This document shows positions 11,873 through 24,128 of a stretch of DNA of 64,000 nucleotides, piece by piece. The stretch lies in contig JAPEUD010000002.1 of NCBI GenBank assembly GCA_026026165.1, positions 434,001 through 498,000 on the forward strand, given 5' to 3'. The translations under genes were made by a program, and so were the position numbers. The DNA is from Sarea resinae. Taxonomy: Eukaryota. The notes under the pieces were generated by a model, which saw only the letters and a list, made by a program, of their open reading frames with translations, searched no databases and was not told the DNA's origin. Positions within the stretch are counted from its first letter, which is position 1; each line of letters opens with the position of its first letter.

Positions 11873-13846
11873 ATGGTTTCCTCGTCGCAACCGCTCTACG
11901 CCAAAGATGAGCGGGTGCTCTGCTTCCACCACGACCTTCTCTACGAGGCCAAGGTGCTCGACTCGCGCCTGTCCGATCCCAATGACAAGAAGAGCGCATC
12001 GCAGTATCGGGTCCATTACAAGGGCTGGAAGAATACGTACGTCGTCGCATGTCGCTTCCTTTTGCTTGCTGTCCGTGGGCGTCCGGGGGCGACTCCTTTG
12101 TTCCTGTCTCTTGTTCCAGGGAATTGGTTGTTTTGAGGCTCGTCGCTCATCCCAGCAGCTCTCCCTCGCCTACATCCCGTAATCTACACCTCCACCCTCA
12201 CTCACTCACTCCCTCACTCACTCACTCATGCACTCATTTGCTACCTGCTCACTCACTTACTCCCCTCCCTCCCTCCCTCCCTCACTCATACTCTCTCTCC
12301 ACCGCCTTTTCCCACGAGTAGTTGTCATATGACTCTCCGCCCCCTCCTGTACCCCCTCCTTAAAACCGTCCCTTTCCCACCGTACGCACCGCACCGCACG
12401 ACATGTCCACGAACAAAATCAAGCTAATAGTGCATCCCCCTCGACACAGCTGGGATGACTGGGTGCCGCAGGACCGGCTCAAGAAGCTCACCGAAGAAAA
12501 CAAGGAGCTCGCCAATATCATGAAAAAAGACATGGATGCGCTCCGCAATCGTAGTGCGCCCAAGTCCGTCGTCGCCGGCTCCAAGAAGAAGGCCGCTGGG
12601 TCCGACTTTAGCTCCGCGCGCGGAAGCGAAGAGCGTCATTCTTCCGTCCAGGCTCCCTCTGGTGGGCCCAGGGGCCAGAAGCGTGGTCGTGATTATGAGA
12701 TTGAAAAGGTAAGTCGTCGTCGGTGTTGACGGTGGACCGTCGAGTCTTCGTTTCGTCGCTGTTTGGTCTGTCGTCTCGCTTGTTTGTTGATCCTGGTCGA
12801 CATGATCGTCTTGCACATCATTTATCGTGAACGCTTTCACATTTCTCCAAGCTGCTTGTGTTTCTCGGCCTTTCAATTTTACTTTCCTCGGTCCATAGAC
12901 CATTTCGCATCCTTCATTCTGAACCACCGATTCTATATTATCTGCCTCAAGCGCACGATGTATTCGCGTGTCTCTTTCCAGTCGATGCCCCCGACCTGTC
13001 CTACCCCCACCCCCTCAAGTCTTCCACCCCGCTCTCACCAACTGACTCAACACTCTCAACTCGCAGGAAGAAGCTTTCCATACACGGCCCTCGGTAAGGC
13101 TCAACATCCCAGACCACCTGAAAGCGCTGCTCGTCGACGATTGGGAGAACATTACCAAGAACCTGCAACTGGTACCGCTACCCGCCAAATACCCCGTCAA
13201 CGCGATCCTAGACGCCTACTTCGCGGACGAAGTGTCGAAGCGTCGTGCCGGCAGCGCCGAGGCCGACGTGCTCGAGGAAGTCGTGCATGGTATGAAGGCG
13301 TATTTCGCCGGCTGTCTGGGCCGCATCCTGCTCTATCGTTTCGAGCGCGAGCAATTCTACGAGATTAGGCAACTGTGGGAAACCGCCACGACGGGCGAGT
13401 GGGCCGGCAAGGGCGTTGGCGATTGCTATGGCGCTGAGCATCTGTGTCGCTTGTTTGGTTGGTCCTCCCTTCTCCGTCTCTCCAACCTCCTTTTCGCTTC
13501 CGTCGACTTTGTATCCTTGCCTTTCTGCCTTTCCAATTCTTTCAAATCTCGATTTCCTATCTTTGAAATTCTCCCAACCGCCCACTTTCCACCCTTCTTT
13601 TCTTTACGCACATAAACACACACACACGTAACTAATTTACGCGCCCGACTAATATCTCCTCACACAGTAACAATGCCGGAACTCATCGCACAAACCAACA
13701 TGGACGCGCAATCGGTGCTGAAACTCCGTGACGAGCTCTCCAAGATGACGACCTGGCTCGGCAAGAACAGCTCGCGCTATTTCGCCGACCGATACGAGAA
13801 CGCCACTGTGGATTACATCGAGAAGGCTAGGGGAGGGGGATCATAG
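11873..13846 (+). CDS. eaf3: Chromodomain-MRG protein Eaf3 (NuA4/Rpd3S subunit, MRG15 homologue)
   Basis: join(11873..12036,12450..12708,13067..13457,13668..13846). Chromo barrel ERVLCFHHDLLYEAK...YRVHYKGWKNTWDDWVP; MRG domain LKALLVDDWENITK, LGRILLYRFEREQ, YGAEHLCRLFVTMPELIAQTNMD. Confidence 0.95.
12197..12290. repeat. (CTCA)n/(CCCT)n microsatellite in eaf3 intron 1
   Basis: ctcactcactcactccctcactcactcactca ... ccctccctccctccctcactca. Confidence 0.85.
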
Positions 13847-14432
13847 GCCGGGGATCATAGGTCGAGGATCGTAAGGTCGGCCATCGATCAGTAGGAGTAG
13901 GAGCACGAGCTGAGAGGGATGTTAGGGAGGGGTCGGGACGGGGGCGCAAGAAAAGAGGGAATCAGCGACACATATCTCCTCGGCTCTCCCCCCCTCATTC
14001 ATACATCCAAATAAAGCGATGGGCCCTTACGGTTTCTAACCTCGGTTCAAAAAAAGGCGCAAAACATTTCCGGAAACTGACGATGGGTGGCGGACCGTCA
14101 TCATCATCATCATCTCGGCATTCATTCCATTCCAAACGGCACGGGCCCAAAATCGGGGCAGGCACAGCGGGCGCTGGGGCGGTTTTCTGTACCTTTTTTC
14201 TTTTCTCTTCCTCTGGTGGGGGAAGGGGGCGTCTGAAAGGCGTATATGTGTGGGCGTTTTATCCATGAGCATTTCTCTTCTTTCTTCCTTTCTCCTTTTC
14301 TTTCTTTGCTAGCCGGCATAGCTAGCATAGGCAGTGTCACAGGCCACCTTCGACAGTAAGCACGAGTCCGCCGTCCGCAGTCCGCAGTCCGCAGTTCGTA
14401 CTTTTTCTTCTTTTTCTTCTTTCTTCCCCAGT

Positions 14433-15215
14433 CATGGCATGGCATGGCATGGCATGCCTGGCATCGAAGAACCCCCTCATCCGAGTTCTATGATCAATGA
14501 TCAATGATTCAAAGCGAGAAAGAAAACATCCAAATTTAAACCGAGGCGAGTGTCATCCCCGTGATGTGGATGTCGGTGAGGAAGAGCGCTGCATGTGCTG
14601 GCTGGCTGGCTGGCTGGTTGGATCCGAGCTGCGCTGAGTTGTTGAGGCGGCGGGGAAAGCTCGGTGGGTGGGCCGATTGTGATTCCACTGCTTACTCTAT
14701 TACTCTACTGCCGTTTATCTGTCTGTGTACAGTCAGTTAGTCGGTCAGGCATTTGGTTGGTCTGGCTGGGGTTCTGCATGGGAGATGGGAGTGATGATTT
14801 TTTTCGATGTTTGGGCTTGAGATATCCCTAGGGCAAGCAAGGGTAGAGCCGGGAAGAAGAGAGGAGAGAGGGGCTTGGGCTTGGGCTTGGGCTTTTTCTG
14901 TCATCTGCATAGGTAGATGATTGGTTGGGGGGTAAGGGGGGGCTGTCAGGCTGTTAATGACTTGGCCTACTCTGTATTCTTTCTCATCGATTAGTACACG
15001 CATGACCGATCCTGCTATCCATCCGTCCATCATTCATCTATGTATGCACTAGCACCGCGTTCCGAGACCCCAAAAGCCAAACTTGCCGGTGTAGCTGCCT
15101 TCAGGATGAAGTAGTGGAGAGAGAGATAGTCTTGATTTTGTTTCATACTATCGTGTCCCATCGCATCCCATCATCACCTATCTCAGCCCATCCCGTTCCA
15201 TTCCATTCCGTTCCA
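14433..15215. repeat. Cluster of short tandem repeats: (CATGG)n, (GCTG)n, (GGGCTT)n, (TTCCA)n
   Basis: catggcatggcatggcatggcatg ~14433-14456; gctggctggctggctgg ~14598-14616; gggcttgggcttgggcttgggc ~14872-14893; ttccattccattcc ~15196-15209. Confidence 0.8.
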
Positions 15216-15678
15216 GGTGATTCCCAGACCCCATTGCGCCCGTGATGGGAATGACATCCCACCCGCTTGCATTGCACATGACCAGAAATCCATCCTCAAT
15301 GTGAAATGCAAATTCAAAGGAAAGCAAAGAGATCGTGACGCCTGACGCTTGAAAGGACGCTTCAAATCAATCAATCATCCATTAGCATAGAACCCCGGTT
15401 GTATCGGGGGATGTAGAGGAACGCCATATGCACCGTTGCCAGACCAAATCAGACCCACTCCAAGGGAAAATATGGACAAGGAATTGTAATCGTTTAGTGC
15501 AAAGTTCTTATCTGAGATATGGCCCCTTCTCACTCAGTCCGATGGCCTATGAGATGAGCCGTAAAGTGCAGCCGCGCTCCACGGAAGAGCCTGCTGGAAG
15601 TAATGGGGAGACGTTTCATGATGTGCCAGGGTGATCTGAATAAGGAAAAGTAAATTGAACGTCGTTGGAATCATGCCC

Positions 15679-18600
15679 TCAAAACGTGCCCCAAGACGGG
15701 CCGCGGGAGCTTTCTGCTGCAGGCTGATTTCCAGCGTCGAGCTCCATAGGATCGGGATCTAATACTGCAAACCTCGCGACCTTCTTCTTTCCCTTGTCAG
15801 CGGACGATTTGGTCCGTGCGGGTGGCGGAATATAGATGATATTGTCGCTGTCTGATAATGTTCGCTCATCATTATTTGTTTCCATAGGACGACTCTCGGA
15901 GCCCAACGTTTGATCAAAATCCAAAGTCCTCGTCGCCTTCGCCCTCTTCTTCCGAGTTGGTGGACTCTCACCATGAATATCAATAAGGTCGGCATCCGGG
16001 TCGTCAATAAGAGCTCCATTCCTATTCGGTCGACCGAATACCTGCTGCGGCGTATGCAAGCTAGCCATCTGTCTCGGTCCCTCCATATCCTCAGGCGAAA
16101 CAGGCAAGAGCTTTGCGCTCTGGATGATAGAAGTCATCGGCTTGTCGTCCAGCAGACTCTTCTCTGCGTTCTGATGTTCCACCGTTGACATTGCTTTTCG
16201 GCGTTGCAGCATCTTCTCTTCGAGAGTGCCTTTGAGAATCAGCGTTTCAACGTAGACCGGTCGAGCTTGACCGATCCGATGAGCACGTTTAATCGCTTGG
16301 GCTTCGACGTTAGGTTGCCAGATGGCGTTCACAAAGAATACTCTGCTGGCAGACGACATGTTCAAGCCGTGCGATGCTTGATGCACATCCATGAGAAGTA
16401 CACGGAATGTCTCGGTGGTGTTGAAGGTAACCACATACTGGGATCGTCGCTCGCTCTTCAAACTTTTGGCGTAGATTAAATGCTTTATGTGAAGCAGATC
16501 TAGCGCTTGGGCAATGTACCACTAGTCCCTTCAGTCAGCCCTGGAGACTAAGTAGTATTCCATAATCACTTACAGCAACGTTATCGCCTTCGTAAAACAC
16601 GAGAATCTTCTCTTGTTTGTGTAAAGAAAGTATTTTATCGATAAGATAGCTTAATTTGGCCGACGCAGTACCGCAAATTATCGTCTGGCCGACAGGGGAA
16701 TCCGCTGGAATAAGGGCCTCCGGGCCAGGAGGTCGGGAACGCTTCAAAGCAGACTTGAGATTTTGCGATGAGGATAGATCACCGTTGCTTAACCCCTTTC
16801 CGTGAGATGATTCTTGATGTGATTTGATCCCTTCTAGAGTGCCTGTTGACATCTTTCTATGCGTATCCGTTGGCTCTTGGGCCAGACTAGACTTGGGAAC
16901 CCCTTTCATCTTCGTTCCTTTGACAACACGCTCGGTACTGGCCTGATGATTGGCGGCATACATAGCAGACCAACCCTCTTTCGCCAAACCGTCGCTTGGA
17001 TCGGAGGCATAAAGCTGATTATTGACGTAATTTTGTGCTGAGCAGAGTTGCGTCATACCCATCAATAGTGGGTCTGCCATGCCTTTCCCATCAAGGGCCC
17101 ATTCTTGAGCATTCCCACCGGGCCAATGTTGAAGGAATATTCCTAGCTCGTGGAAGCGGCTGAAAGCGTTCCAACCAGATGAATCCAGTACCAAGTCTCC
17201 TACCACAATTATGTCTTCCAACGCTTGTCGGTCGTGCATATCCAACTTAGTTGATTCTTTAGCTAAATAATCTTTGCTAATCTGAAGCGCGGCTTCAACG
17301 TCGTTGCGTGAAAATCCAGTCCAATAGAAGCCACTTTGTCGAAGATTTGCAATGAGTTGATTGAGTGATTTCTTATTCTTGGGATGAAATAGATAATCCT
17401 CATCTCGACGTTCTGACGTGATGGCATTTGAGGTTAGTACCAAAACGAAAAGGTTGATCGAAAGTCTATCGTAGAACGAAGGCTCCAGATGGATCAGCTG
17501 ATTATAGAGCGGTGGGAGTTTCAGATCTGCCTCAACATCCTCAGGACTGTGTCGTATTATCAGACCTTCCAGTGTTCGTTTCAAGCAAGCCGAATACCCT
17601 TTGAAGCCATGGTCTTTCGTGTCGCGGTAAGACTGATACATATACGTGTTCCAGGCCGGCGGTGCACCGTCCCGTCGTGAGCTCACCCAAGGGCTTATCT
17701 TGAAAAAGTCTATGGCGAGACGGCCAAGCTTTTCGACATCGCTGCGCTCCTGACGCCAAGCGTCGCTGTTGTTGCGAAGTTCGAGAGTGGCTTTTCTTCG
17801 CGCCGGACTGAGATTTGTGACTTCATTTGAAGATTGCTCATGGTCAGGCTTGGAATGCTCATTTGCAGCAAGCTCGACTTCGACACCTATTAGACCCTTG
17901 GTGGGCGTTCCGCTGATGATCCATCGAGAATCTGTCTGTAAGTCAGCCGCCACGAGGACAGCGTGCGACTTCGACCCTGAAGATGCAAAATTGTGGCCCT
18001 CGTCAACAATTAACCTCAGCCAATGGAGCTCCTTCAATGGCGAGTTATATACTTCCTCAGGACGGAAACAATCGCAGTCCTTTTCGCGCGTTCCAGGGAT
18101 ATACGGGCAAAAGCACTTCAGTTGTTTCCCAAGCGGCGCACGGCGACCTTTTGCGTCCTCGCCATCCCGTATTTCGCGTTCGAAACGCGTTCTAGAGAAA
18201 AGAACGACGTCGTATTCCGCAAGTTCTTCGGATGGTGGAAGTCCCTTCTTCGGACTGTCCATGACGAGAACTCTCAAGGCGCCATCCTCCGTATGTTTGT
18301 AGATCTCGTTCTTCCACTGCTGAAGCAGATTAGGAGGCACAATGATCAAAGTTGAAGTGCATAAGCGTATCCTACGGCCGTGGGTCGCCACGGTAGCTCG
18401 ACTTTTACGCAAAGTTGCTTGCGGCGGTCGTATCATATAACTACCAACGTTTTTCTTGATCCTCTCGATGCACTGGCTATAATCATCTCCAAAGCTGCTC
18501 AGCCGCTCAAAGTGGGTTTTCCAAGGGACAGAATGCCTTCCGATAGCGGAGGCAGCCATATCTTGCAGAGAGCCCACTCTTTCTCGGACAGGTGTCAGAT

Positions 18601-19755
18601 CTTCGGAGTGTTCAATAGGAATTCGAGGCCAATAGCCCTTGCTTGCTAAGATTGTTGCTAGGCAAATCAGCGTCTTTCTAATAAGAAGTCAGCACATCGA
18701 GGGCATCTAGATTGAAGAGATTGGGTTCATGCCCTAGGCCCATAGTCTCAGCCAGGATCCCCCCACGGACTTCCTCGTACAGCCGCGGCTCCCTCAATAT
18801 ATCACCGGACTGATAGTCGAAGTAATAGACTGACCCATTGGCAGAGATCGTTGGATGAAGCCGAGGGTCTAATTGAAACTTTGGCATCGATTCCTTCTGA
18901 AGCATCAATGCTGCGGAACGGCATTGGTAAGGGTACAGAGACGTTTTGAGCCCATCAATGAATCCATCACCATCTAGCAGATCAGACATCGCAGCTTGTA
19001 CAAACCTGTCATGGACCCAATGAGGATCTGGCTTTGGCGATGGCATGGTATTGTACAAGTAGTAGAGCGAAGATAGAGATTTGTCGTCAGTTTCGTCTAT
19101 TATATGCTTTGGTGCATATGTCTCACTGTATGTCGCTGCCCAGGAGCTTTTGCAAACGTCGACCTCGCATAGTAAAGCCTTCAGGCATCTTCGAAGACTT
19201 CTGTCCGAGCGTTGGAGAATGCCTCGTCCGACATCATCGGGGAGGATCCAGATCCTTACGGTCACGGCCACGTCCGACTGAAAGGCCGATGCTCTCCTGC
19301 AAAATGCACGAATCCAGCCAGCACGGGCTAGCTTCATCACGCTCTGGCGAAGTGTTTCCTGATTATCCAGGACCAAATAGCTCCAATCTGTGACCTCCTT
19401 CCATGATCCCCGGGCGGGAGTATCACCTTGCCAGCGCATTCTCAAGCTGCCAACCGGGATGTAATTTCCAAGATCAAGCAGGCTCCGTTCTCCGTCCAAT
19501 TTGTCTTGATGGGTGGCTCGGCCATGGCAGTTGCAGAGTACTGACGCTTGAGGATCATCATCATCAACTGGCGAGGTGGGGGTCATTGACGTCGCCGGAC
19601 TCGACCGAGAGCAGGCATCTAGTGTTGCCTTTGACAATCAGCAGAGGCAGGTAGAAGGCGCTCTTCACACATACCGGACTGCCCAAATGCGAGACAATCT
19701 CTTCCCGGTCAGACTGCCCTTCCGTAGAGTATTCACCGCTTAAAGAGTCCCCCAT
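15679..19755 (-). CDS. SNF2-family (Rad5/16-like group) helicase/ATPase
   Basis: complement join(19675..19755,18733..19628,16574..18677,15679..16521). Motifs LYPYQ, GGILAETMGLGKT (needs a GC-AG intron), TLIIVPPNLLQQW, WLRLIVDEGH, RWIISGTP, HGLNMSSASRVFFV, EAQAIKRAHRIGQ. The first exon is less certain. Confidence 0.9.
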
Positions 19756-20307
19756 CTCGACGCCCACAAAGAGAGATCTCAAAAGACAGAGGCTCGGATC
19801 TTTCACTTTCAGAATAGAAGGCCGTTCTGCTAGCTACAGATTCCGGTCATGCTGGGTCCGAGATGCTCGTGAAGAAGCGTCGGGTCATGTAAGTAAACGG
19901 CACCGGCTAGTCGTGAGCTGAGGGAAGAACTCCATGCATGGCAATGAGTGATTTAGAGTCTACCCATGACTCTCATTCTCTATTGAAGAACTGACATGAA
20001 TGGGATGATTGTTGGAATCGTTGAAGCAGCAGCGCATTCATGATCATGAAGCTCTACTCGGTCTATTCAGAGACACGGCCAGGCAAGCCAACCTAAGGTG
20101 ACTACCGCAGTGTAGGTGATTGATAGCCCTGAACTATGTTGATTGGCGGGACGCCTTGACCGCCTTTGTCTTCGCTTCAACTGATACCAATACTGCCCGC
20201 CACCATCACCTCCCGTCTCCGACCCTCGTCTTTGGCCTCACCATCCTCAGTGATCGTTGTCAGAGCTTGCGCGTTGAAGCTTGCTGCACTCAGCTATCAC
20301 AGAGACC

Positions 20308-21305
20308 ATGGCTTTTTCGCCTTCTTCAAGAAACCCAATTCCTGCTGAGCCTCAAGATGAGCCTCCTGAGCTCTCAACAGTCATACCGAGACCTCTAGAT
20401 CCGGCTTCATTTCTTTCTATCATGGCGGATATCTTACGGCTGTATCATTGCCCTCAAGCAGCTTGTTCTTCGATATGTCCCTCTGACATGCTGAAGTCCA
20501 GATGAAACGATTGCCCTCTCCTTCCTCTACCTGAACAGATACAAGCGGTTTTACAACGATCCTGACCAGCATGACGTTTTGGATGCCTACGTTTGTCCTT
20601 CTTTACGCTTCGGCGCCCAATGAGTTCCCACTACTGACACGAGCAAGCTGTGAAGACGCTTTCTCTCGCCGCTCTATCTCTGGCCTCGAAAAGTACCGAA
20701 GCACCACGCCGATTACGCGAACTCCTCCTCGCCGCCTGGCGTCTCCTACAATCTTCCAGTCCAAGAACTCAACCGCTGACCTTTCCTTCGGCGCTGTATG
20801 ATTCCTTACGCTCGTCGCTTGTGCAAGCAGAGCTCATCCTGCTGCGAGCCCTCAAGTTCGAACTGCGGATACCTCTTCCGCTGGAGTTTCTTCCGAGGTA
20901 TATGGATCGGACGATTGGCGATGTCAATGCTGGTCGGGGGGACTGGCGAGGCACAGAAGACTACGAGGCCATGGATAAAGAGTCTCGGGAGGAGTATAAG
21001 ATTGTTGATTTGATGAATACCAACATTGGCAACGCTTGCAGGGTTCAGGTCATCGATGCGTAGGTTGTTGGCTTCGCCATCACGTAATATCAGTTCATCT
21101 GACAGGCCGATCCAGGTGCAAAAATTACCAGTTGGCAAACTTCTTTCCGGCTCGAGCTGTGGCAGCAGCTTGTCTTTATAGGGCGCTTCAGGCTCATCGA
21201 TTGATCGGACCCAATAACGTTACGAAATGGCTCGAAGAAGTCACCAGCGGAAGAGTCGACCGGGCTGATTTTGACGACATACTGGCGGAGCTCGCAAATG
21301 TTTGA
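20308..21305 (+). CDS. Cyclin-like protein (transcriptional cyclin K/L/T-like box)
   Basis: join(20308..20441,20497..20590,20656..21059,21116..21305). Cyclin-box signature LAALSLASKSTEAPRRLRELL ... LVQAELILLRALKFELRIPLP; second box FPARAVAAACLY. Confidence 0.75.
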
Positions 21306-22224
21306 GTGAGATGCCATAACGAGATAGTCTCAAGTCCTCCCCATGCTCAAGGTATCTGTCAGTATGAAGGCGATTGCCGCCTGCTCGGGACCCTCCAGGC
21401 GAGCATTGCCGTGACAGCCCAGTGTCGGTCGTCCCTACCGCATTGACGTCGTATGCCTGAACTACCACAGTAGGCTCCATACATATATCGATTTCCAAGT
21501 AGTGAGCCCGAGCATCATTCATTTTGAGATATGCTGAGAGGCCTTGAAGCTATCCTTCAGGGAGACCCCACAGGAACGGTAATCGTTGCTGTTCTGGCAA
21601 TATGACACCACCATACCGTCTGTTGCTGATGGATACCGGACGAACATTGAATGGCGCCTGGAGCGTGATAAAGCCCTGGTGTTTCTGGGGTCCCTCATAC
21701 GCCCGCCGGAGCGTAGCGGTGTCTCCACCAGTCTCTGATAGATGGCTGAGGCGGAGCGTGTACATCGCTCCTGCCATCTACATCATTCCCATCGAAGAGT
21801 GGAATCCAAGACCACCCGGGCAGTGTTGACATGCTTTGTTTTCCTCTGTATGGCTATCATCACAATTGCATATCTGGCCCTCCACATTGATCGAGGGTCC
21901 TTGAAATATGCTCCGCGTCTCTTCACCCCGTGTAAAAGCTGTCTGTCACTTTCTCAACAATACATCAGACGTCGCATCAGAGCTGGCTGTCGTTATCTTC
22001 ACACAACATCAATGACTGGGTCGGAGCTGTTTCTCATTCTCTTCCATTCGGGATCAGACCTGCCTGTCGCTCACTTCATACCTCACCGCCCGTGGTACTA
22101 CCTGTCGCTCACAAGAATCGTCCATCTTTTCATTCGCATCGCGTTATTTCCATTCGGGTCATAGGCTCTTCTGAATCCGCAACCGCTCTTTAGCTAAACC
22201 TCCACACTTTTGAATACGTATAGC

Positions 22225-23298
22225 ATGCCAAATTCCTCTACATCCCAATTGAAGTGGCAACTGACACGTCCAGATTCTTTCTTTTCCTATCAACACACGA
22301 TCATGGTAAATTCCAGAGACAGTTTCAATTGGGAGACTGGTAGCGATGACCTGATCCTCGCAACATGGATTTTGAAAAGGATTCAATTCTACAAAGAATT
22401 GTTGGAACTCCCTCTCCTTAGTCCGGCCCTTAGACTCGTCGTCCTTCAGGCAAGACAGATATTTCAGGAATGCAAGATACCAAAACCACGTCGAATCACC
22501 GAAACCGAGATCAATAGCCTTTTCGCGTTGGATTATCAGGTCACAGAACGCTGGAATGCAATCTACTCGAATCCCTATATTCATCCCGTTGTCTTCATTG
22601 ATGCGGTTGACGCTCTAAGAAGGGTGCTCTCCACCAAGCTAGTGTTTGACTACTACCCAGGGCATCTTCTGGACGGCGATTTTTCATTAGAAGAAGTGCG
22701 ATTATTACAGGTCTTGGTGGGCGTCGCTTCACAGTGGCCTCCAACACAGCCGACGACTAATTGCACGGAAACTGTGCGCCTCGCTCATCTCCTTATTGAT
22801 GAACTACGGATCGATCGGCTCTATTTACAACGAAGACTGGAATGCATGTTGCATCGCTCCTGGGGAGGAAGCGACATACAACGGGCGATTGAGACGAGCT
22901 CTTGGGGGTGGGTGGCTTTGGTACTATACAACGACCGCTTTCTGCTTGATGCCATCATGCCGAGGACAACCGCGTCCGAAGTCGAAATTTGGCGCGGCAT
23001 CATCAGGATGATGATTGATATTAAGGAGTGTTACTTCGTCTACTTTGAAGACGCAGACCACTGGGCCGTTGACCAGACAGCGGCGGAGTCTTCACTTCAA
23101 CAGCGACAATATCGTTATCCGGATGGTTACCTCCGCCCCGCAGAGCTTTCCAGCTCGAGCATCAACGCCAAAATAACCCAACTCACATTACCATGGCCTA
23201 GAGACATACTGGTTGATGATGTTAGACGGGTCAGAACGCAGCTGCGGTCTAGAACTCCTGCACCTTTGCATTATTGCTGTGAGGTACGAAGGGTGTAA
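22225..23298 (+). CDS. Hypothetical protein, no recognisable family (357 aa from first ATG)
   Basis: Single 1.07 kb stop-free frame with globular, L/R/W-rich composition, not overlapping another gene; no motif recognised. Confidence 0.55.
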   Translation: MPNSSTSQLKWQLTRPDSFFSYQHTIMVNSRDSFNWETGSDDLILATWILKRIQFYKELLELPLLSPALRLVVLQARQIFQECKIPKPRRITETEINSLFALDYQVTERWNAIYSNPYIHPVVFIDAVDALRRVLSTKLVFDYYPGHLLDGDFSLEEVRLLQVLVGVASQWPPTQPTTNCTETVRLAHLLIDELRIDRLYLQRRLECMLHRSWGGSDIQRAIETSSWGWVALVLYNDRFLLDAIMPRTTASEVEIWRGIIRMMIDIKECYFVYFEDADHWAVDQTAAESSLQQRQYRYPDGYLRPAELSSSSINAKITQLTLPWPRDILVDDVRRVRTQLRSRTPAPLHYCCEVRRV

Positions 23299-24128
23299 GG
23301 ACCGCCTTTTTGTTTTCTCGGTTTGCAGCAATGTTGGTATGGGGACCTACTGTTGTGCTAGACTACGCGTTTGGGTAGTACTGAGTCAGGCGGCGCTCGG
23401 TCTGAGGTGGAGGGAATCCATCGCTTATGCCTCGTGTCTTCAAAACATAGATTGGATTAGCTTGGATCAAACTAGATTGGTATAGAGAGCATGGGAATAG
23501 CGCAGCCGAATCACAGCCCCAGACTCCGTTTCTGAGGCCTCTTCGGTTTCCTGTTCTTCAAGGACTTGCCTGCTGGTGCAGACTAAGCCGGCATTGGTCC
23601 TACAAATGAGAAATATAATATCTGTAACCCAAAGTTCTCCCTCTTGGCGCTGTGTCTGCAGACTTATGTTATACATAGCATTACTTTGTTGGGTTAAGAG
23701 ATAGAGATATGCACTAGGCGAGCGTTCAGCGTCCTCATCGTCATCGTCCTCATCAGCAGCAGAGACGAAGAAAGAGAAGTAGAATAGAGCAATTCATCAG
23801 GTTGTCTGAGTGAGATCCTTGACTTCAATAGCTTATTAGGAGGTGGGTAGTGTGGGCGAGAGAGAGAAGGTAATGCTTGAAAAAAGTGAATGGATATATG
23901 AGTCTACAGATAATCTGATAGAAAATGTATGAAATAATCGGATAAGACATCAACAAGAGTCAAAGGACGAAAGATGATCTAATCAAACTGATAAAAGTCC
24001 AGGAGAAAAAAACAGGAAAAAGGAAAAAACAATTAAAATGCTTCAAATCCAACAGCAGGGTTTCTCGAATAACGAACAACGTTGAACGAAGAACGGATCT
24101 TGACAACATGGGCCAGGACTGACGAATG

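Noticed and set aside
23700..24120. A-rich stretch as a RIP-degraded transposon relic
   Set aside because: Short, with no terminal repeats or transposase remnants; consistent with the pyrimidine-rich 3' UTR of the minus-strand HMG gene.
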